DNA from: Propionibacterium ruminifibrarum
GTDB taxonomy: Bacteria > Actinomycetota > Actinomycetes > Propionibacteriales > Propionibacteriaceae
Length of the DNA stretch: 32,000 nucleotides
NCBI RefSeq assembly: GCF_900289195.1
Contig: NZ_OMOH01000004.1
Span: 1-32,000, forward strand
Direction of reading: 5' to 3'
Each line of letters begins with the position of its first letter. Positions within the stretch are counted from its first letter, which is position 1. The translations under genes and the position numbers were made by a program. Below are positions 15,975 through 25,923 of the stretch, one piece after another. Below the pieces are notes generated by a model. The model was not told where the DNA came from. It did no database searches and saw only the letters and a program-made list of their open reading frames with translations.

Positions 15975-17297
15975 ATGATCTGGTTTCATCTCGTCATCCT
16001 GCTCGTCTTCCTGTTCGCCGGTTCACGCCTCGGCGGCGTCGGTGTCGGTCTGGCCGGCGGCGCCGGCACCCTCGTTCTCATCGCCACCGGCCTGTCCACC
16101 GATGTCGACGCCGACATCCCCTGGACGGTGATCGGCATCATCATGCCGGTCATCTGCACCATTGCTGCCCTTCAGGTGGCCGGCGCGATGGACCACCTGG
16201 TCCATCTCACCGAGGTGATGCTGCGCAGGCACCCGAAGCAGATCACCTACCTGGCCCCGCTGTCGACCTACCTGCTGTCGTTTCTGTGCGGCACGGGCCA
16301 CACCGCCTACTCGGTGCTGCCGGTCATCGTCGAGGTCTCGAAGGAGAACAAGATCCGCCCGTCCCGGCCGCTGTCGATCGCCGTCGTCGCCTCGCAGATC
16401 GCCGTGGCCGCCTCGCCGATCTCGGCGACCACCGCCGCCCTGCTCACCTCGGTCGAGCAGACCCGAGGCATCGGCTACCTGCAGATCCTGGCGATCGTCA
16501 TCCCGACGACCTTCATCGGCTGTGTCGTCGGCGCCGTCGTCGCCTCCCGGCAGGGTCGCGAACTCGAGGACGACCCGGTCTACCAGGAGCGCGAGGCCAA
16601 GGGCCTGGTATCGCACACCTCGGCCTCGACGATGAGCTCCGACTACCAGCCGGCCAAGGGCGCCATCACCAGCCTGTGGATCTTCCTCGGCGCCGTGCTG
16701 CTCATCGTCGTCTACGCCACCCTCAGCTCTGACCAGATCGGCATCATGGAGAACCCGCCGATGGACGCCACCGGCGCGATCATGCTCATCATGCTCACCT
16801 GCGCCGCCGTGATCTGCCTGGTCTCGCGACACGACGTCGCCAAGATCGCGAGCCAGTCCACCTTCCGCGCCGGCATGAGCGCCGCGATCTGCATCCTCGG
16901 CGTCGCCTGGATGGGCAACGTCTTCTTCGGCGCCTACAAGGACACGCTCATCGACGCCACCGGCGGCGCCCTGCACGCGGTGCCGTGGCTGTTCGCCGTG
17001 GTGCTCTACTTCGCCTCGCCGATCCTGTTCTCGCACGCCGCGACGACGAGGGTCTTCATCCCGCTGGCCGTCACCATCGGGCTGAGCTCGCCGACGATCA
17101 TGGCCTGCTACCCGGCAGTGGCCAACTACTACCTGCTGCCGAACTACCCGACCACCGTCGCCGCCATCGAGATGGACGACACCGGTTCGACCAGGGTGGG
17201 CAGGTTCGTGCTGAACCACCCCTTCGTCGTGCCGGGCACGGTGTCGATCGCGGTCATCGTGGCGCTCGGCTTCCTGTGGGCGCCGATCGTGCTGTGA
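15975..17297 (+). CDS. dcuA: Anaerobic C4-dicarboxylate transporter, DcuA/DcuB family.
   Basis: Similarity along the full length to my recollection of E. coli DcuA, for example GSRLGGVGVGLAGGAGTLVL, ALQVAGAMDHLVH, LRRHPKQITYLAPLSTY, RPSRPLSIAVVASQIAVAASPISA, FRAGMSAAICILGVAWMG and MDDTGSTRVGRFVLNHPF. The ATG at 15975 has a GGAG 5 nt upstream. A/B paralog assignment is uncertain. Confidence 0.9.
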   Translation: MIWFHLVILLVFLFAGSRLGGVGVGLAGGAGTLVLIATGLSTDVDADIPWTVIGIIMPVICTIAALQVAGAMDHLVHLTEVMLRRHPKQITYLAPLSTYLLSFLCGTGHTAYSVLPVIVEVSKENKIRPSRPLSIAVVASQIAVAASPISATTAALLTSVEQTRGIGYLQILAIVIPTTFIGCVVGAVVASRQGRELEDDPVYQEREAKGLVSHTSASTMSSDYQPAKGAITSLWIFLGAVLLIVVYATLSSDQIGIMENPPMDATGAIMLIMLTCAAVICLVSRHDVAKIASQSTFRAGMSAAICILGVAWMGNVFFGAYKDTLIDATGGALHAVPWLFAVVLYFASPILFSHAATTRVFIPLAVTIGLSSPTIMACYPAVANYYLLPNYPTTVAAIEMDDTGSTRVGRFVLNHPFVVPGTVSIAVIVALGFLWAPIVL

Positions 17298-17336
17298 CGG
17301 CGACCGTGGCGGCCGGCTGAACACCGCCGGGCTCCG

Positions 17337-17378
17337 GAGGGGCCGGGGGACACGGATGCTCGTGTCCCCCGGCCCCTC
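17337..17378 (+). terminator. Perfect 18-bp GC-rich stem-loop downstream of the dcu gene.
   Basis: GAGGGGCCGGGGGACACG-gatgct-CGTGTCCCCCGGCCCCTC begins 40 nt after the stop at 17297. It overlaps the 5' end of track ORF 17356..18633, which argues for a later start for that gene. Confidence 0.6.
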
Positions 17379-17469
17379 GTGTCCTCCCGGCCCGTGGCGG
17401 CGTCGATCATCCGGCGTCTCATCCCCGGAACGGATGCCCGATGAGCCCTCGGCGCGATGGAATCGGAGC

Positions 17470-18633
17470 ATGCTCGACCAAGCGATCACATCCGTCCTCG
17501 TCGGAGGGGCCCTGTCCCTGGTCATGTCCGTACCCCTGGTGATCCACCAGTACCGCCGGTTCGGACGCCTCTCGGCCGGCCGGTTGGCATGGACGGTCCT
17601 CACCGTCATCTACCTGACGGCGCTCATCGCCTACACCCTGTTCCCGCTGCCCGCCATGACCGAGGCGTTCTGCGCCGGACGTTCACGCGAGTTCCTGCTG
17701 AACCCGGTGACCTACTTCGCCGACATGGCCCGCCATCTGGCGGGCATGTCCCCGATGGAGGCCCTGGCCAGCTGGGACGTGCGTCAGATGGTTCTCAATG
17801 TCGCACTGTTCGTGCCACTGGGCCTGATCTGCCGCGAGTTCATGGGCTGGGGTCCGCTGCGCTCGCTCGTGACCGGATTCGGCGTCTCGCTGTTCATCGA
17901 ACTCACCCAGTTCACCGGGAACTGGGGTCTGGCGCCCTGCCCCTACCGGATCGCCGACATCAACGACCTCATGACCAACACCGCCGGCACCCTGGTGGGC
18001 ATCGGCATCGCGGCGCTCACCCCGCGTCTGGTCGCCGACGCCGGCCATCTGGCCGCGCGCCGCGGCGAGGCCCGGCCGGTCACGCGGGCGCGCCGCTGGC
18101 TGGGCATGGCGCTGGACGGCATCTACTGGTCGTGGGCCTTTCTGCTGGGCATGGCCTGCGGCGTCGTCGCCTGGACCGGCCTGCACGGCCTGCCGATGAA
18201 CGCCCGGCTCGACTACGGGAACGAGATCCAGCGCTGGGGCCTCGTCGGTGCCGTGGCGGCGGAGTTCGTCATCATCGCCGTCCCGGCGCTCGTCGGCAGC
18301 GGCGCCTCGCTCGGCCAGCGCACCGTCTACCTGCGCCCGGCACCGGCCTCCCGGCTGCGCCTGGTGGCCCGCGCCATGGTCGTCGGCGGCGCCATGTGCC
18401 TCGTCTCGAACCTCCAGCCCGTCATGACGAGCCTGTGGACGATCGCGGCCGTCGCCAGCGTCTGGTTCGACACCCGAGGGATCAGCGGCCTCATCACCGG
18501 CTGCCGCATCATCGACGCCAGGAGCCTGGACGGTGAACCGGCCCGGCCCGCCGAGGAGCAGGCCGATTCCGGTCCGGCCGGCGGGGGCGGCCTCGTCAGC
18601 CTCGCGAGTAGAGGCGACCCTGCATCGTCGTGA
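17470..18633 (+). CDS. VanZ-like family integral membrane protein with an additional C-terminal multi-TM region.
   Basis: VanZ-type motifs NVALFVPLGLI, FIELTQF, RIADINDLMTNTAGTLVGIGIA. The start is uncertain: ATG at 17434 or 17470, both downstream of the terminator hairpin. The C-terminal half carries several more hydrophobic helices. Confidence 0.7.
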   Translation: MLDQAITSVLVGGALSLVMSVPLVIHQYRRFGRLSAGRLAWTVLTVIYLTALIAYTLFPLPAMTEAFCAGRSREFLLNPVTYFADMARHLAGMSPMEALASWDVRQMVLNVALFVPLGLICREFMGWGPLRSLVTGFGVSLFIELTQFTGNWGLAPCPYRIADINDLMTNTAGTLVGIGIAALTPRLVADAGHLAARRGEARPVTRARRWLGMALDGIYWSWAFLLGMACGVVAWTGLHGLPMNARLDYGNEIQRWGLVGAVAAEFVIIAVPALVGSGASLGQRTVYLRPAPASRLRLVARAMVVGGAMCLVSNLQPVMTSLWTIAAVASVWFDTRGISGLITGCRIIDARSLDGEPARPAEEQADSGPAGGGGLVSLASRGDPASS

Positions 18634-20365
18634 CGAAGTTGCGCAGCGAATCGGGCAGGTCCGACAGATTCCAGTCGTCGGGCGCGTGGTACCAGGACAG
18701 GTCCTCGGGGTCGGGAACGCCCGGGTCGTCGTCGGCGGCGGCCAGGGCGTCCAGCCAGCGGCCGAAACCACCCAGGACGACCGAGTACGGCAACACCGAG
18801 GAGATCTGCTCGTAGGCGTCCTGCCGGGGGAACGAGTCGGTGGGTTTCGTGGTGAGTTCCATGGCCAGCAGTTCGAGACCGCGGACGACCCGCACGCCGG
18901 CCAGCGTGCGGCGCGGCATCTTCTGGGCGGTGTAGATGAGGCCGAGGCTGACGACGATCAGCGACAGTCCCAGCAGGCCGAAGGTTGTGAAGGCCACGAG
19001 CAGGACGAAGGCGACGACCGACAGGGCCAGCATGGTCCAGCCGGCGACCCCCCAGCGGGTGCGGGCCGCGTCGGGCCGCCCGGAGAACCAGCCCTTGGCG
19101 ACGACCTCGTCGTACAGGTCGTTCTGGATGTCCCGGACGACGGCACCCACCACCGGGGCCAGCTCGGAGACCCGGACCGACGTGGTCTGGTCGCCGACGA
19201 GGGCGTCAAGCAGTTTCTGCTCGTATGGGTGCAGCTCATCCACGGCGGCCCCGCTCGTCGGGCTGGTGCGTTCGAGCAGCCAGTCGGTGGGCTTGTTGGG
19301 ACTCTCGCTGGGCAGCTGGGTGATCCGCAGGTAGCCGCGGACGGCCAGGTCGAGGACGCTGGCGGTCAGGTCGACCGGGTCGACGTGCTCGTCGACGATG
19401 GTGCCGATCTCACCGGGCCGGACGTCGTCCTCGAGGGAGAAGCGCACCTTGCCGGCGGCGACCGGCTTCCAGCGGGCGACGACCGAGGTTGCCTTGGACG
19501 TGTTCGCGTGGTCACGGCCGAGACGACGGTGCAGGCCCCACAACAGGGCGCCGCCGAGCACCAGGGCGCCCAGGCTCACGACGAGCTGCAGCGGGCGGGC
19601 GGTGAAGGCGCGGTCGAGGCTCCAGCGCTGGGTGAGCATCTGGTTGGGGGCGACGGCCGAGGACGGGACCTTGACGGTGAGTTCGAGAACCTGTCCGGCG
19701 CCGAGGGCGCCGTTGGTGAAGACCGGCCACGGGTCCTCGAAGGTCCCGCCCCGCACCGTGGAGCACCTGGTGAGGGCGGCCGGGGCGCCGGCCTCGCAGT
19801 CGACGTCGGCGATCGAGGCCGGGGTCTCGGAGTCGACGGTGAAGCTGCCGCTGACCTCGCCGACACCGACGGACAGGCCCTGCACCATGCGCCACTGGAC
19901 GGTGGTGAGGGTCTCGGCGTCCTTGACCTCGGCGCCGGCGAGGGCGGCGCCCTGCACGGTGTAGCTGACGGTGAGCGTGTCGCCCTCGGCCTGGGAGGCG
20001 TCGACGGTGATGACCTGGTAGTCGCCGTCCGTGGTGCTGGTGACGCCGGCCGGGGAACCGTCCGCCTCGGCGGTGACGTCGGAGATCTCGTACCGGTAGA
20101 CGGTGGCGTTCAGGCCGTCGCGGGTCGTGGCCAGCCGCTGGGTGAGCTCGCCGGGCATCGAGCCGTCCGCGAAGGTGAACTCCTCCGTCACGGTGAGGGT
20201 GCCGTCACCGGAGACGACGCCGGAGACCTCGAGCGAGGTGGCGTTGTCGTCGGCCCGTGCCGTGCCGGGCACGAGGACCCCGAGCAGGGCGACCGCCGCA
20301 GCCAGCGCGCCTGCCGCGCCGCGCCGCGCCGCGCGCAGGCCGTGAATGTTGCGGGTGTGAGCCAT
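18596..20365 (-). CDS. 589-aa DUF2207-like membrane protein with a signal peptide, an extracytoplasmic beta-rich domain and C-terminal TM helices.
   Basis: N-terminal signal-like AAGALAAAVALLGVLVPGTARA, followed by an extracellular domain, a TM helix (LQLVVSLGALVLGGALLWGL), a cytoplasmic segment and two further TM helices. This architecture matches my recollection of DUF2207 proteins. The 3' end converges on and overlaps the VanZ-like gene by 38 nt. Confidence 0.6.
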   Translation of the reverse strand: MAHTRNIHGLRAARRGAAGALAAAVALLGVLVPGTARADDNATSLEVSGVVSGDGTLTVTEEFTFADGSMPGELTQRLATTRDGLNATVYRYEISDVTAEADGSPAGVTSTTDGDYQVITVDASQAEGDTLTVSYTVQGAALAGAEVKDAETLTTVQWRMVQGLSVGVGEVSGSFTVDSETPASIADVDCEAGAPAALTRCSTVRGGTFEDPWPVFTNGALGAGQVLELTVKVPSSAVAPNQMLTQRWSLDRAFTARPLQLVVSLGALVLGGALLWGLHRRLGRDHANTSKATSVVARWKPVAAGKVRFSLEDDVRPGEIGTIVDEHVDPVDLTASVLDLAVRGYLRITQLPSESPNKPTDWLLERTSPTSGAAVDELHPYEQKLLDALVGDQTTSVRVSELAPVVGAVVRDIQNDLYDEVVAKGWFSGRPDAARTRWGVAGWTMLALSVVAFVLLVAFTTFGLLGLSLIVVSLGLIYTAQKMPRRTLAGVRVVRGLELLAMELTTKPTDSFPRQDAYEQISSVLPYSVVLGGFGRWLDALAAADDDPGVPDPEDLSWYHAPDDWNLSDLPDSLRNFVTTMQGRLYSRG

Positions 20366-20574
20366 GAGGCCACCTTTCTGGTCGGCCGATCCACTCGGCT
20401 CGGCGTCGATTCGTGCTGCGCACGCGCAGAACGGTCAGGGTGAGAAACAGCGATGAACCCTACGGAGAAACTATCCCACGTCCGGGTCGCAGAATCAGTG
20501 CACAGGCCGCGACCGGCCATGTCGGGGTGGGAACGGACCGGCGATCGACAACCGAGTCGGTTAGTCTGTGCCCT

Positions 20575-21714
20575 GTGAGTCAATGGGGTCAGCCGAATCA
20601 GCAGTGGCCGGGTCAGCAGTGGCCGGCCCCGTCCGGGCCGGCCGGCTACGGCCAGTGGCCCGTCCGGGGCCAGTGGCCCCCGCAGGGGCAGGGCACCCTC
20701 CCCCCGCCGGCCCAGGGCTCCTGGCAGGCCGCTCAGTACCCGCGGTACGCCGGTGCCCCCACGCCGCCGCGGCGCCGCCGGTCGAGTCCCCTCCGGTTCC
20801 TCTTCGCCCTGTTCGGCGTCTTCGGGGTCATGGTGCTGGCCTACGTCGTCCTGAGCTACGCGGGTGACGGCGCTCCCAGCAGCCAGACCGAGACCACGCA
20901 TGCGGGCAGCTACGAGAACGAGGACTACGAGGTGCCGAGCGCCGACACGAACCCGCCCGCCATCCCCCAGCCCGAGACCTACGCCGAGGCCACGAAGCTG
21001 ATGGAGGACAACAGCCTCTACAGCGCGGCCGTCGCCGACCCGGTGCGCTGCGAGCTGGATGGCCTGGACCTGTCGACGGCCACCGACGCGCAGCTCGAGG
21101 AGCACTTCAACGAGCTCACCGCCTGCCTCATGCGTGTCTGGGCCCCGACCCTCCAGGAGGCCGGCTACGAGGCGGTCCGACCCACCGTCACCGTCTACAG
21201 CACCCCGATCTCGACCCCTTGCGGCGACATGCCGATGGAGAACGCCGCGTACTGCATGGTCGACCAGCAGATCTACTACGCCAGTGACCTGACCGACATC
21301 ATCCCCAAGGACCTGTCGAACGTGCCCCACACGGCCGACGCCGTGATGGCCCACGAGTTCGGCCACGCCATCCAGGCCCGCACGGGCATTCTCTACTCGG
21401 AGAAGGCGTGGGAGTCCAGGGTGAGCAGCAGCGAGGCCGACGAGTTCAGCCGCCGCACCGAGGTTCAGGCCGACTGCTTCGCCGGTGAGTTCACCGCCGC
21501 CGTCTCCGAGTCGCTGGGGATGACGAACTCCGACGTCGACGGCCTGTCCGACATGTTCTACGCCTTCGGTGACGACGTGCTCACCGGCGACAGCACTTAT
21601 GAGGGCAACCACGGGCGCGGCACGAGCCGGCAGCAGTGGTTCCTCGACGGCGTGAACGACCAGCAGCTGGCCACCTGCAATGCGTTCACGGCGCCAGCGT
21701 CCAGCGTCAGGTGA
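20575..21714 (+). CDS. YpfJ-like putative neutral zinc metallopeptidase with an N-terminal Trp/Gln/Pro-rich low-complexity region and one TM helix.
   Basis: HExxH motif (MAHEFGHAIQ), then EVQADCFAG, HGRGTSRQQWF and CNAF, which parallel E. coli YpfJ (HEVGHHVQ, ELQADCFAG, HGTSQQR..WF, CNTF). The GTG start at 20575 was chosen as the first in-frame start after the divergent gap. Confidence 0.8.
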   Translation: MSQWGQPNQQWPGQQWPAPSGPAGYGQWPVRGQWPPQGQGTLPPPAQGSWQAAQYPRYAGAPTPPRRRRSSPLRFLFALFGVFGVMVLAYVVLSYAGDGAPSSQTETTHAGSYENEDYEVPSADTNPPAIPQPETYAEATKLMEDNSLYSAAVADPVRCELDGLDLSTATDAQLEEHFNELTACLMRVWAPTLQEAGYEAVRPTVTVYSTPISTPCGDMPMENAAYCMVDQQIYYASDLTDIIPKDLSNVPHTADAVMAHEFGHAIQARTGILYSEKAWESRVSSSEADEFSRRTEVQADCFAGEFTAAVSESLGMTNSDVDGLSDMFYAFGDDVLTGDSTYEGNHGRGTSRQQWFLDGVNDQQLATCNAFTAPASSVR

Positions 21715-21766
21715 CCGGCCATAGCGCCCGCCGGACCAACGCCACGGCGCCGGCGGTGGGCGCCGG

Positions 21767-22258
21767 TCAGTCGGCTGAGGCGATGAGCGCGGTCGCGACC
21801 GTCGCGACGCCCTCGCCGCGCCCGAGAAAACCGAGGTGGTCAGTGGTCGTCGCCGACACCGACACCGGGGCACCGAGGGCCGCCGAGAGCACCCGCTCGG
21901 CCTCGGCGCGTCGAGCCGTCATGCGCGGACGCTGCCCGATGACCTGGACCGCCGCGTTGACCGGCCGCCAACCCGCCCGGGCAAGGCGCCGCACCGTCTC
22001 CTCGATGAATGCGACACCGCTCGCACCGGCCCACTCGGGCTCCGTGGTGCCGTAGTTCGAGCCCATGTCACCCAGCCCGGCGGCGCTGAACAGGGCATCG
22101 CACAGGGCGTGTGCGGCGACGTCGCCGTCGGAATGGCCGGCCAGGCCGGCCGGTTCGTCCGGGAAGTGCAGTCCCGCGCAATGCATCTCGACGCCGGCGC
22201 GCAGCGCATGGACGTCGGTGCCGATGCCGGTACGGATCTGAGGCAGGTCCACGCTCAC
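21767..22258 (-). CDS. ispF: 2-C-methyl-D-erythritol 2,4-cyclodiphosphate synthase.
   Basis: [41 protein letters not shown] and [14 protein letters not shown] are typical IspF motifs. An AGGAG lies 6 nt upstream of the GTG at 22258. Confidence 0.93.
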   Translation of the reverse strand: MSVDLPQIRTGIGTDVHALRAGVEMHCAGLHFPDEPAGLAGHSDGDVAAHALCDALFSAAGLGDMGSNYGTTEPEWAGASGVAFIEETVRRLARAGWRPVNAAVQVIGQRPRMTARRAEAERVLSAALGAPVSVSATTTDHLGFLGRGEGVATVATALIASAD

Positions 22259-22348
22259 TCGTCACTCCTGGGCGCTGAGGATCGTCAGGATACGCGCCGG
22301 CCCCAGCACCGCGGCTCCGGACCGGCGCTCGGCCGTGAGGCCGGGGCC

Positions 22349-22834
22349 TCAGGAGGCGAGAACCTCGTCGAGCATGGCCTCCGCGCGGGCCTCCTCGACC
22401 TTCTCGGCCAGTGCGAGCTCGCTCACGAGAATCTGGCGGGCCTTGGCGAGCATGCGCTTCTCTCCGGCGGACAGTCCGCGGTCCTGCTCGCGACGCCACA
22501 GATCACGGACGACTTCGGCGACCTTGAGGACATTGCCCGAGTGGAGCTTCTCGACGTTGGCCTTGTAGCGACGCGACCAGTTCGCGGGCTCCTCGATCTG
22601 CGGGGCGCGCAGCACGGAGAAGACCTTCTCGAGACCGGCCTCGTCGACGACGTCGCGGACGCCGACCAGGTCGAGGTTGTCGGCGGGGACCCGGACGACC
22701 AGATCGGTCTGCCCGAGGATGCGCAGGACCAGGTAGAGCTTGTCCTCACCCTTCACCTTGCGCGTCTCAGTGGACTCGATGACAGCCGCCCCATGATTCG
22801 GGTAGACGACGGTCTCACCGATTTCATATGTCAT
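22349..22834 (-). CDS. carD: CarD-family RNA-polymerase-binding transcription regulator.
   Basis: [20 protein letters not shown]...LVLRI...VRVP (N-terminal Tudor-like/TRCF-RID domain) together with the C-terminal NWSRRYKAN...[13 protein letters not shown]. The first 43 codons of the track ORF are an unlikely upstream extension. Confidence 0.92.
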   Translation of the reverse strand: MTYEIGETVVYPNHGAAVIESTETRKVKGEDKLYLVLRILGQTDLVVRVPADNLDLVGVRDVVDEAGLEKVFSVLRAPQIEEPANWSRRYKANVEKLHSGNVLKVAEVVRDLWRREQDRGLSAGEKRMLAKARQILVSELALAEKVEEARAEAMLDEVLAS

Positions 22835-22959
22835 GTGAAACCCCTCTCCGAAGAGAGATTCTACCATACGAATTAATTGTCGACTCGGATATACATTCCC
22901 TGAGACGCAATGAAATCCGGAATCAGCGCGCAGCATTTTCGGGACTGCGCCCCGCGAAT

Positions 22960-23637
22960 TCATTCCTGGAATTTGTAGCCGAGGCCGCGCACGGTGATCA
23001 GCAGCTCGGGATGCGCTGGGTCCTGCTCGATCTTGCCGCGCAGTCGTTTCACGTGCACGTCAAGGGTTTTCGTGTCGCCCACGTAGTCAGAGCCCCATAT
23101 CTGGTCGATGAGCTGTGCCCGGGCCATGACGCGCCCGGCATTGCGGATGAGCACCTCGAGTAGATCGAACTCCTTGCGCGCGAGTTTCACCGATTCGCCC
23201 CGTACGGTGATCTCGTGGCGTTCGACATCCATGCGCACACCGCCGGATTCGAGCACATCGGGAACGGATTCCTCCTCCCGCCCCCGGCGCATGACGGCAT
23301 GGATTCTCGCCACCAGCTCGCGAGGGCTGAACGGTTTCGTCACGTAGTCATCGGCCCCCAGCTCCAGACCGCGGACCTTGTCGGCCTCGGAGTCCCTGGC
23401 GGTGACCATGATGATCGGTACGCCGGCACGCCGACGCAGGGCCCGGCAGACCTCCGCACCGCTCATCCCGGGCATCATGAGGTCGAGGAGCACCAGGTCG
23501 GCGCCGTTCGCATCGAACTCGGCCAGCCCGCTGGTCCCGTCGGAGGCCTGGGAGACCTCGTAGCCCTCACGGGCGAGCATGAAGGCCATGGCCTCGCGGT
23601 AGGACTGTTCGTCCTCGATGATCAGGATCCTCGTCAT
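22960..23637 (-). CDS. regX3: OmpR-family response regulator, RegX3/PhoP-like (phosphate regulon).
   Basis: Collinear with my recollection of M. tuberculosis RegX3 over nearly the whole length, for example [40 protein letters not shown] and [30 protein letters not shown]. The ATG overlaps the kinase stop (ATGA at 23634-23637). Confidence 0.9.
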   Translation of the reverse strand: MTRILIIEDEQSYREAMAFMLAREGYEVSQASDGTSGLAEFDANGADLVLLDLMMPGMSGAEVCRALRRRAGVPIIMVTARDSEADKVRGLELGADDYVTKPFSPRELVARIHAVMRRGREEESVPDVLESGGVRMDVERHEITVRGESVKLARKEFDLLEVLIRNAGRVMARAQLIDQIWGSDYVGDTKTLDVHVKRLRGKIEQDPAHPELLITVRGLGYKFQE

Positions 23638-24797
23638 GGCCTCTCCTCGGGCTGAGAGCCGTCATCGTGACCGATGAGGGCCGGCAGCCTCATCGTGAAG
23701 GTCGAGCCGCGTCCCGGCCGGCTCCACAACCGGACGGTACCGCCGTGGGCGATGACGACGTGCTTGACGATCGACAGCCCCAGCCCGGTGCCGCCGTTCT
23801 CGCGCGAGCGCGCATAGTCGACCCGGTAGAAGCGCTCGAAGATGCGCTTCTGGTCCTCAACGCCGATCCCGATGCCGTTGTCGGTGACGGAGACATCCAC
23901 CCAGTGGTCGCCGTCCTCGTCGACGGCCTTGACGGTGACGGAGACCCTGGCACCATGGTCGGAGTAGCTGATGGCGTTCTCGACCAGGTTCGACAGCGCC
24001 ACCCGCAGCTGGTGCCGGTCGCCGATGACGCGCTGCCCCTTGTCGCCTGCGATGGAGAAGTGGATGCCGCGGGCCTGGCAGGATGCGCTGGCACGCGTGG
24101 CCGCCGCCTCGACCACCTCGTCGATGTCGACGGGGGCTGCGTCGCCGAGCGGGTCGTCGGACTGCAGACGACCCAGCTCGATGATCTGCTGGACGAGTTC
24201 ACCGAGCCTGGTGCTCTCGGCAATCATCCGGCTGGCGAAGTGACGCACGTAGTCGGGGTCGTCGGCGGCCTCCTGGATGGTCTCGGCGAGCACGCGCAGG
24301 GCGCCGACCGGGGTCTTGAGTTCATGGGAGATGTTGGACACCAGATCGCGCTTGGACTCGTCGACACGCAGCAGGGCGCTGCGGTCATCACCGACCAGGA
24401 GCACCGCCTCGTGCTCGAGCGGGCGGATGCGCACCTGGAGCCGGCGGGACGGACCGTCGGCGGACTGCCCCATACTGACCTCGCGGTCGGCGCCCTCACC
24501 GGTACGGCGCGCGGCTCGGGCCGCGTCGAGCACCTCACCGATACCGATCCGGGTCCCGCGGACCAGACCGACTGCCCGGGAGGGGGCATTCGCGTAGCGG
24601 ATCTCGTCGTGGGGGCCGATGATGACGACGGGCTGGCGGAAGGCATCGAGGACGACCGGTACCTCGGGGTCGACCACTGGCACCGGTTCGACCAGGCGGG
24701 CCCGGGTCCGGCGTCCCCAGGCGAACACCAGGGCGAGCGCGGCCCCGACCACGGCACCCAGCAGGAAGCTGAGCAGCACAGTCACCAAGGGGCTCAC
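23634..24797 (-). CDS. senX3: Sensor histidine kinase, SenX3/PhoR-like.
   Basis: One N-terminal TM helix, a PAS-like region, an H-box (VSNISHELKTPVGAL), and N, G1 and G2 boxes (LSNLVENAISYS, VTDNGIGI, GGTGLGLSIVKH). It is co-transcribed with the response regulator and divergent from phoU. Confidence 0.88.
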   Translation of the reverse strand: MSPLVTVLLSFLLGAVVGAALALVFAWGRRTRARLVEPVPVVDPEVPVVLDAFRQPVVIIGPHDEIRYANAPSRAVGLVRGTRIGIGEVLDAARAARRTGEGADREVSMGQSADGPSRRLQVRIRPLEHEAVLLVGDDRSALLRVDESKRDLVSNISHELKTPVGALRVLAETIQEAADDPDYVRHFASRMIAESTRLGELVQQIIELGRLQSDDPLGDAAPVDIDEVVEAAATRASASCQARGIHFSIAGDKGQRVIGDRHQLRVALSNLVENAISYSDHGARVSVTVKAVDEDGDHWVDVSVTDNGIGIGVEDQKRIFERFYRVDYARSRENGGTGLGLSIVKHVVIAHGGTVRLWSRPGRGSTFTMRLPALIGHDDGSQPEERP

Positions 24798-24950
24798 GGT
24801 TGAGATTCTACGGGCCGCTCGCTCACCCCCCAGAAGATCACGACCCGCCGACCGGCGATGCGGGCGATCGTCTTGGTTGCGCAGTCAGGTGATGCGAGAC
24901 TGTCAGGGACGCCGCAGAGCAGGTGCCGGCCCGGGCTGGAAGGAGGGACG

Positions 24951-25616
24951 ATGCAGGAGTTCCACCACGGCGCACTGGATGAGATCGTCCACGAGCTCGT
25001 GACCATGTCCGATGCCGTGCAGGTCGCCGTGCGTGACGCCACCCGCGCCCTTCTCGAGGCCGACGCCTCCATCGCCGAACGGGTGATCAGTGACGACGCC
25101 CGCATCGACACCATGCACGACCAGCTGGAACAGCGCTGCTTCAGCCTGCTGGCCCGCTCCACCCCCGTGGCCGGGGAGCTGCGCACCATCGTCGCGGCGA
25201 TGCAGGTCATCGCCGACATCGGCCGCACCGGCGACCTGGCCGCCCATGTCGCCGAGATCGCGCGCATGCGCTACCCGGAGCACGCCGTGCCGGCGCCCCT
25301 CGTCCCGAACTTCACGCGCATGTCCCAGGTGGCGCAGGAGATGGTCGGCAAGGCCGGGCGCACGCTCCTGGAACGCGACCCCGACGCGGCCGCGATGCTC
25401 GCCAGCGAGGACGACGAGATGGATGAGCTGCGCAGCGAACAGTTCCGGCTCATCGCCTCGGACGACTGGACGTTCGGCGTCGAGGCCGCCGTCGACACGG
25501 CCCTGCTGGGCCGCTACTACGAACGCATCGCCGATCATGCCGTGGCGATGGGCGGGCGCATCATCTACGTCATCACCGGCGAGGCGCCCGAGGGCGAGGA
25601 CTGGCCCACCACCTGA
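24951..25616 (+). CDS. phoU: Phosphate transport system regulatory protein PhoU.
   Basis: Two PhoU repeats are present (ADASIAERVISDDARIDTMHDQLEQRC... and ...DDEMDELRSEQFRL...YYERIADHAVAMGGRIIYVITGE). A GGAAGGAGGGA Shine-Dalgarno precedes the ATG at 24951. The divergent phoU | kinase-regulator arrangement is as I recall for Streptomyces phoU-phoRP. Confidence 0.9.
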   Translation: MQEFHHGALDEIVHELVTMSDAVQVAVRDATRALLEADASIAERVISDDARIDTMHDQLEQRCFSLLARSTPVAGELRTIVAAMQVIADIGRTGDLAAHVAEIARMRYPEHAVPAPLVPNFTRMSQVAQEMVGKAGRTLLERDPDAAAMLASEDDEMDELRSEQFRLIASDDWTFGVEAAVDTALLGRYYERIADHAVAMGGRIIYVITGEAPEGEDWPTT

Positions 25617-25681
25617 CGGTCGCACGCATGGGATCCACGCCCGGACGGGCCTTCCGAGACCGGCGACCACCCGGACTCGGG

Positions 25682-25760
25682 CCATGACGAACCGAAGTTT
25701 CAACGAAAAGCCGTTTTCGTTGGAACTTCGCACCGACCGTGTCACGATCGTTGGAAGTTC
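25682..25760. repeat. Direct repeat copy 1 (~79 bp). It contains a 38-nt near-perfect palindrome at 25693-25730.
   Basis: CGAAGTTtCAACGAAAAgccgTTTTCGTTGgAACTTCG is followed by caccgaccgtgtcacgatcgttggaagttc. By manual alignment, about 60 of 68 core positions match 27183-27250. It lies 66 nt after the phoU stop and 164 nt beyond the Fic stop. Confidence 0.8.
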
Positions 25761-25923
25761 ATGCTGAAAGATCAGTCGAAGAAGACCTCAACCCACAGAC
25801 AAACCTCGATCCTATCCGCGCCTGGGCAGTCTCGGGGGCGCCCTTCGCCAGGTCTGTCCCAAGACGACGGAGCGACCGGCTTCGGCGCTCAAAAAACAGT
25901 GGTTGCACTCTGGCCGATGACTC

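Noticed and set aside
18596-18633. A 38-nt convergent overlap of the VanZ-like and DUF2207-like gene ends, read as a possible antisense regulatory arrangement.
   Set aside because: Short convergent 3' overlaps are common in compact high-GC genomes, and nothing else supports regulation.
24798-24950. PHO-box-like direct repeats in the phoU / sensor-kinase divergent region (GTCAGG at 24884 and 24902).
   Set aside because: There are only two 6-nt matches 18 bp apart, and they do not resemble the GTTCA-type PHO box units I recall. This is too weak to call.
25693-25760. The 66-79-bp repeat read as a tRNA 3' fragment or classical att site.
   Set aside because: No tRNA-like T-arm/acceptor sequence is recognisable and no integrase is nearby. 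I kept it as an unexplained direct repeat or palindrome instead.
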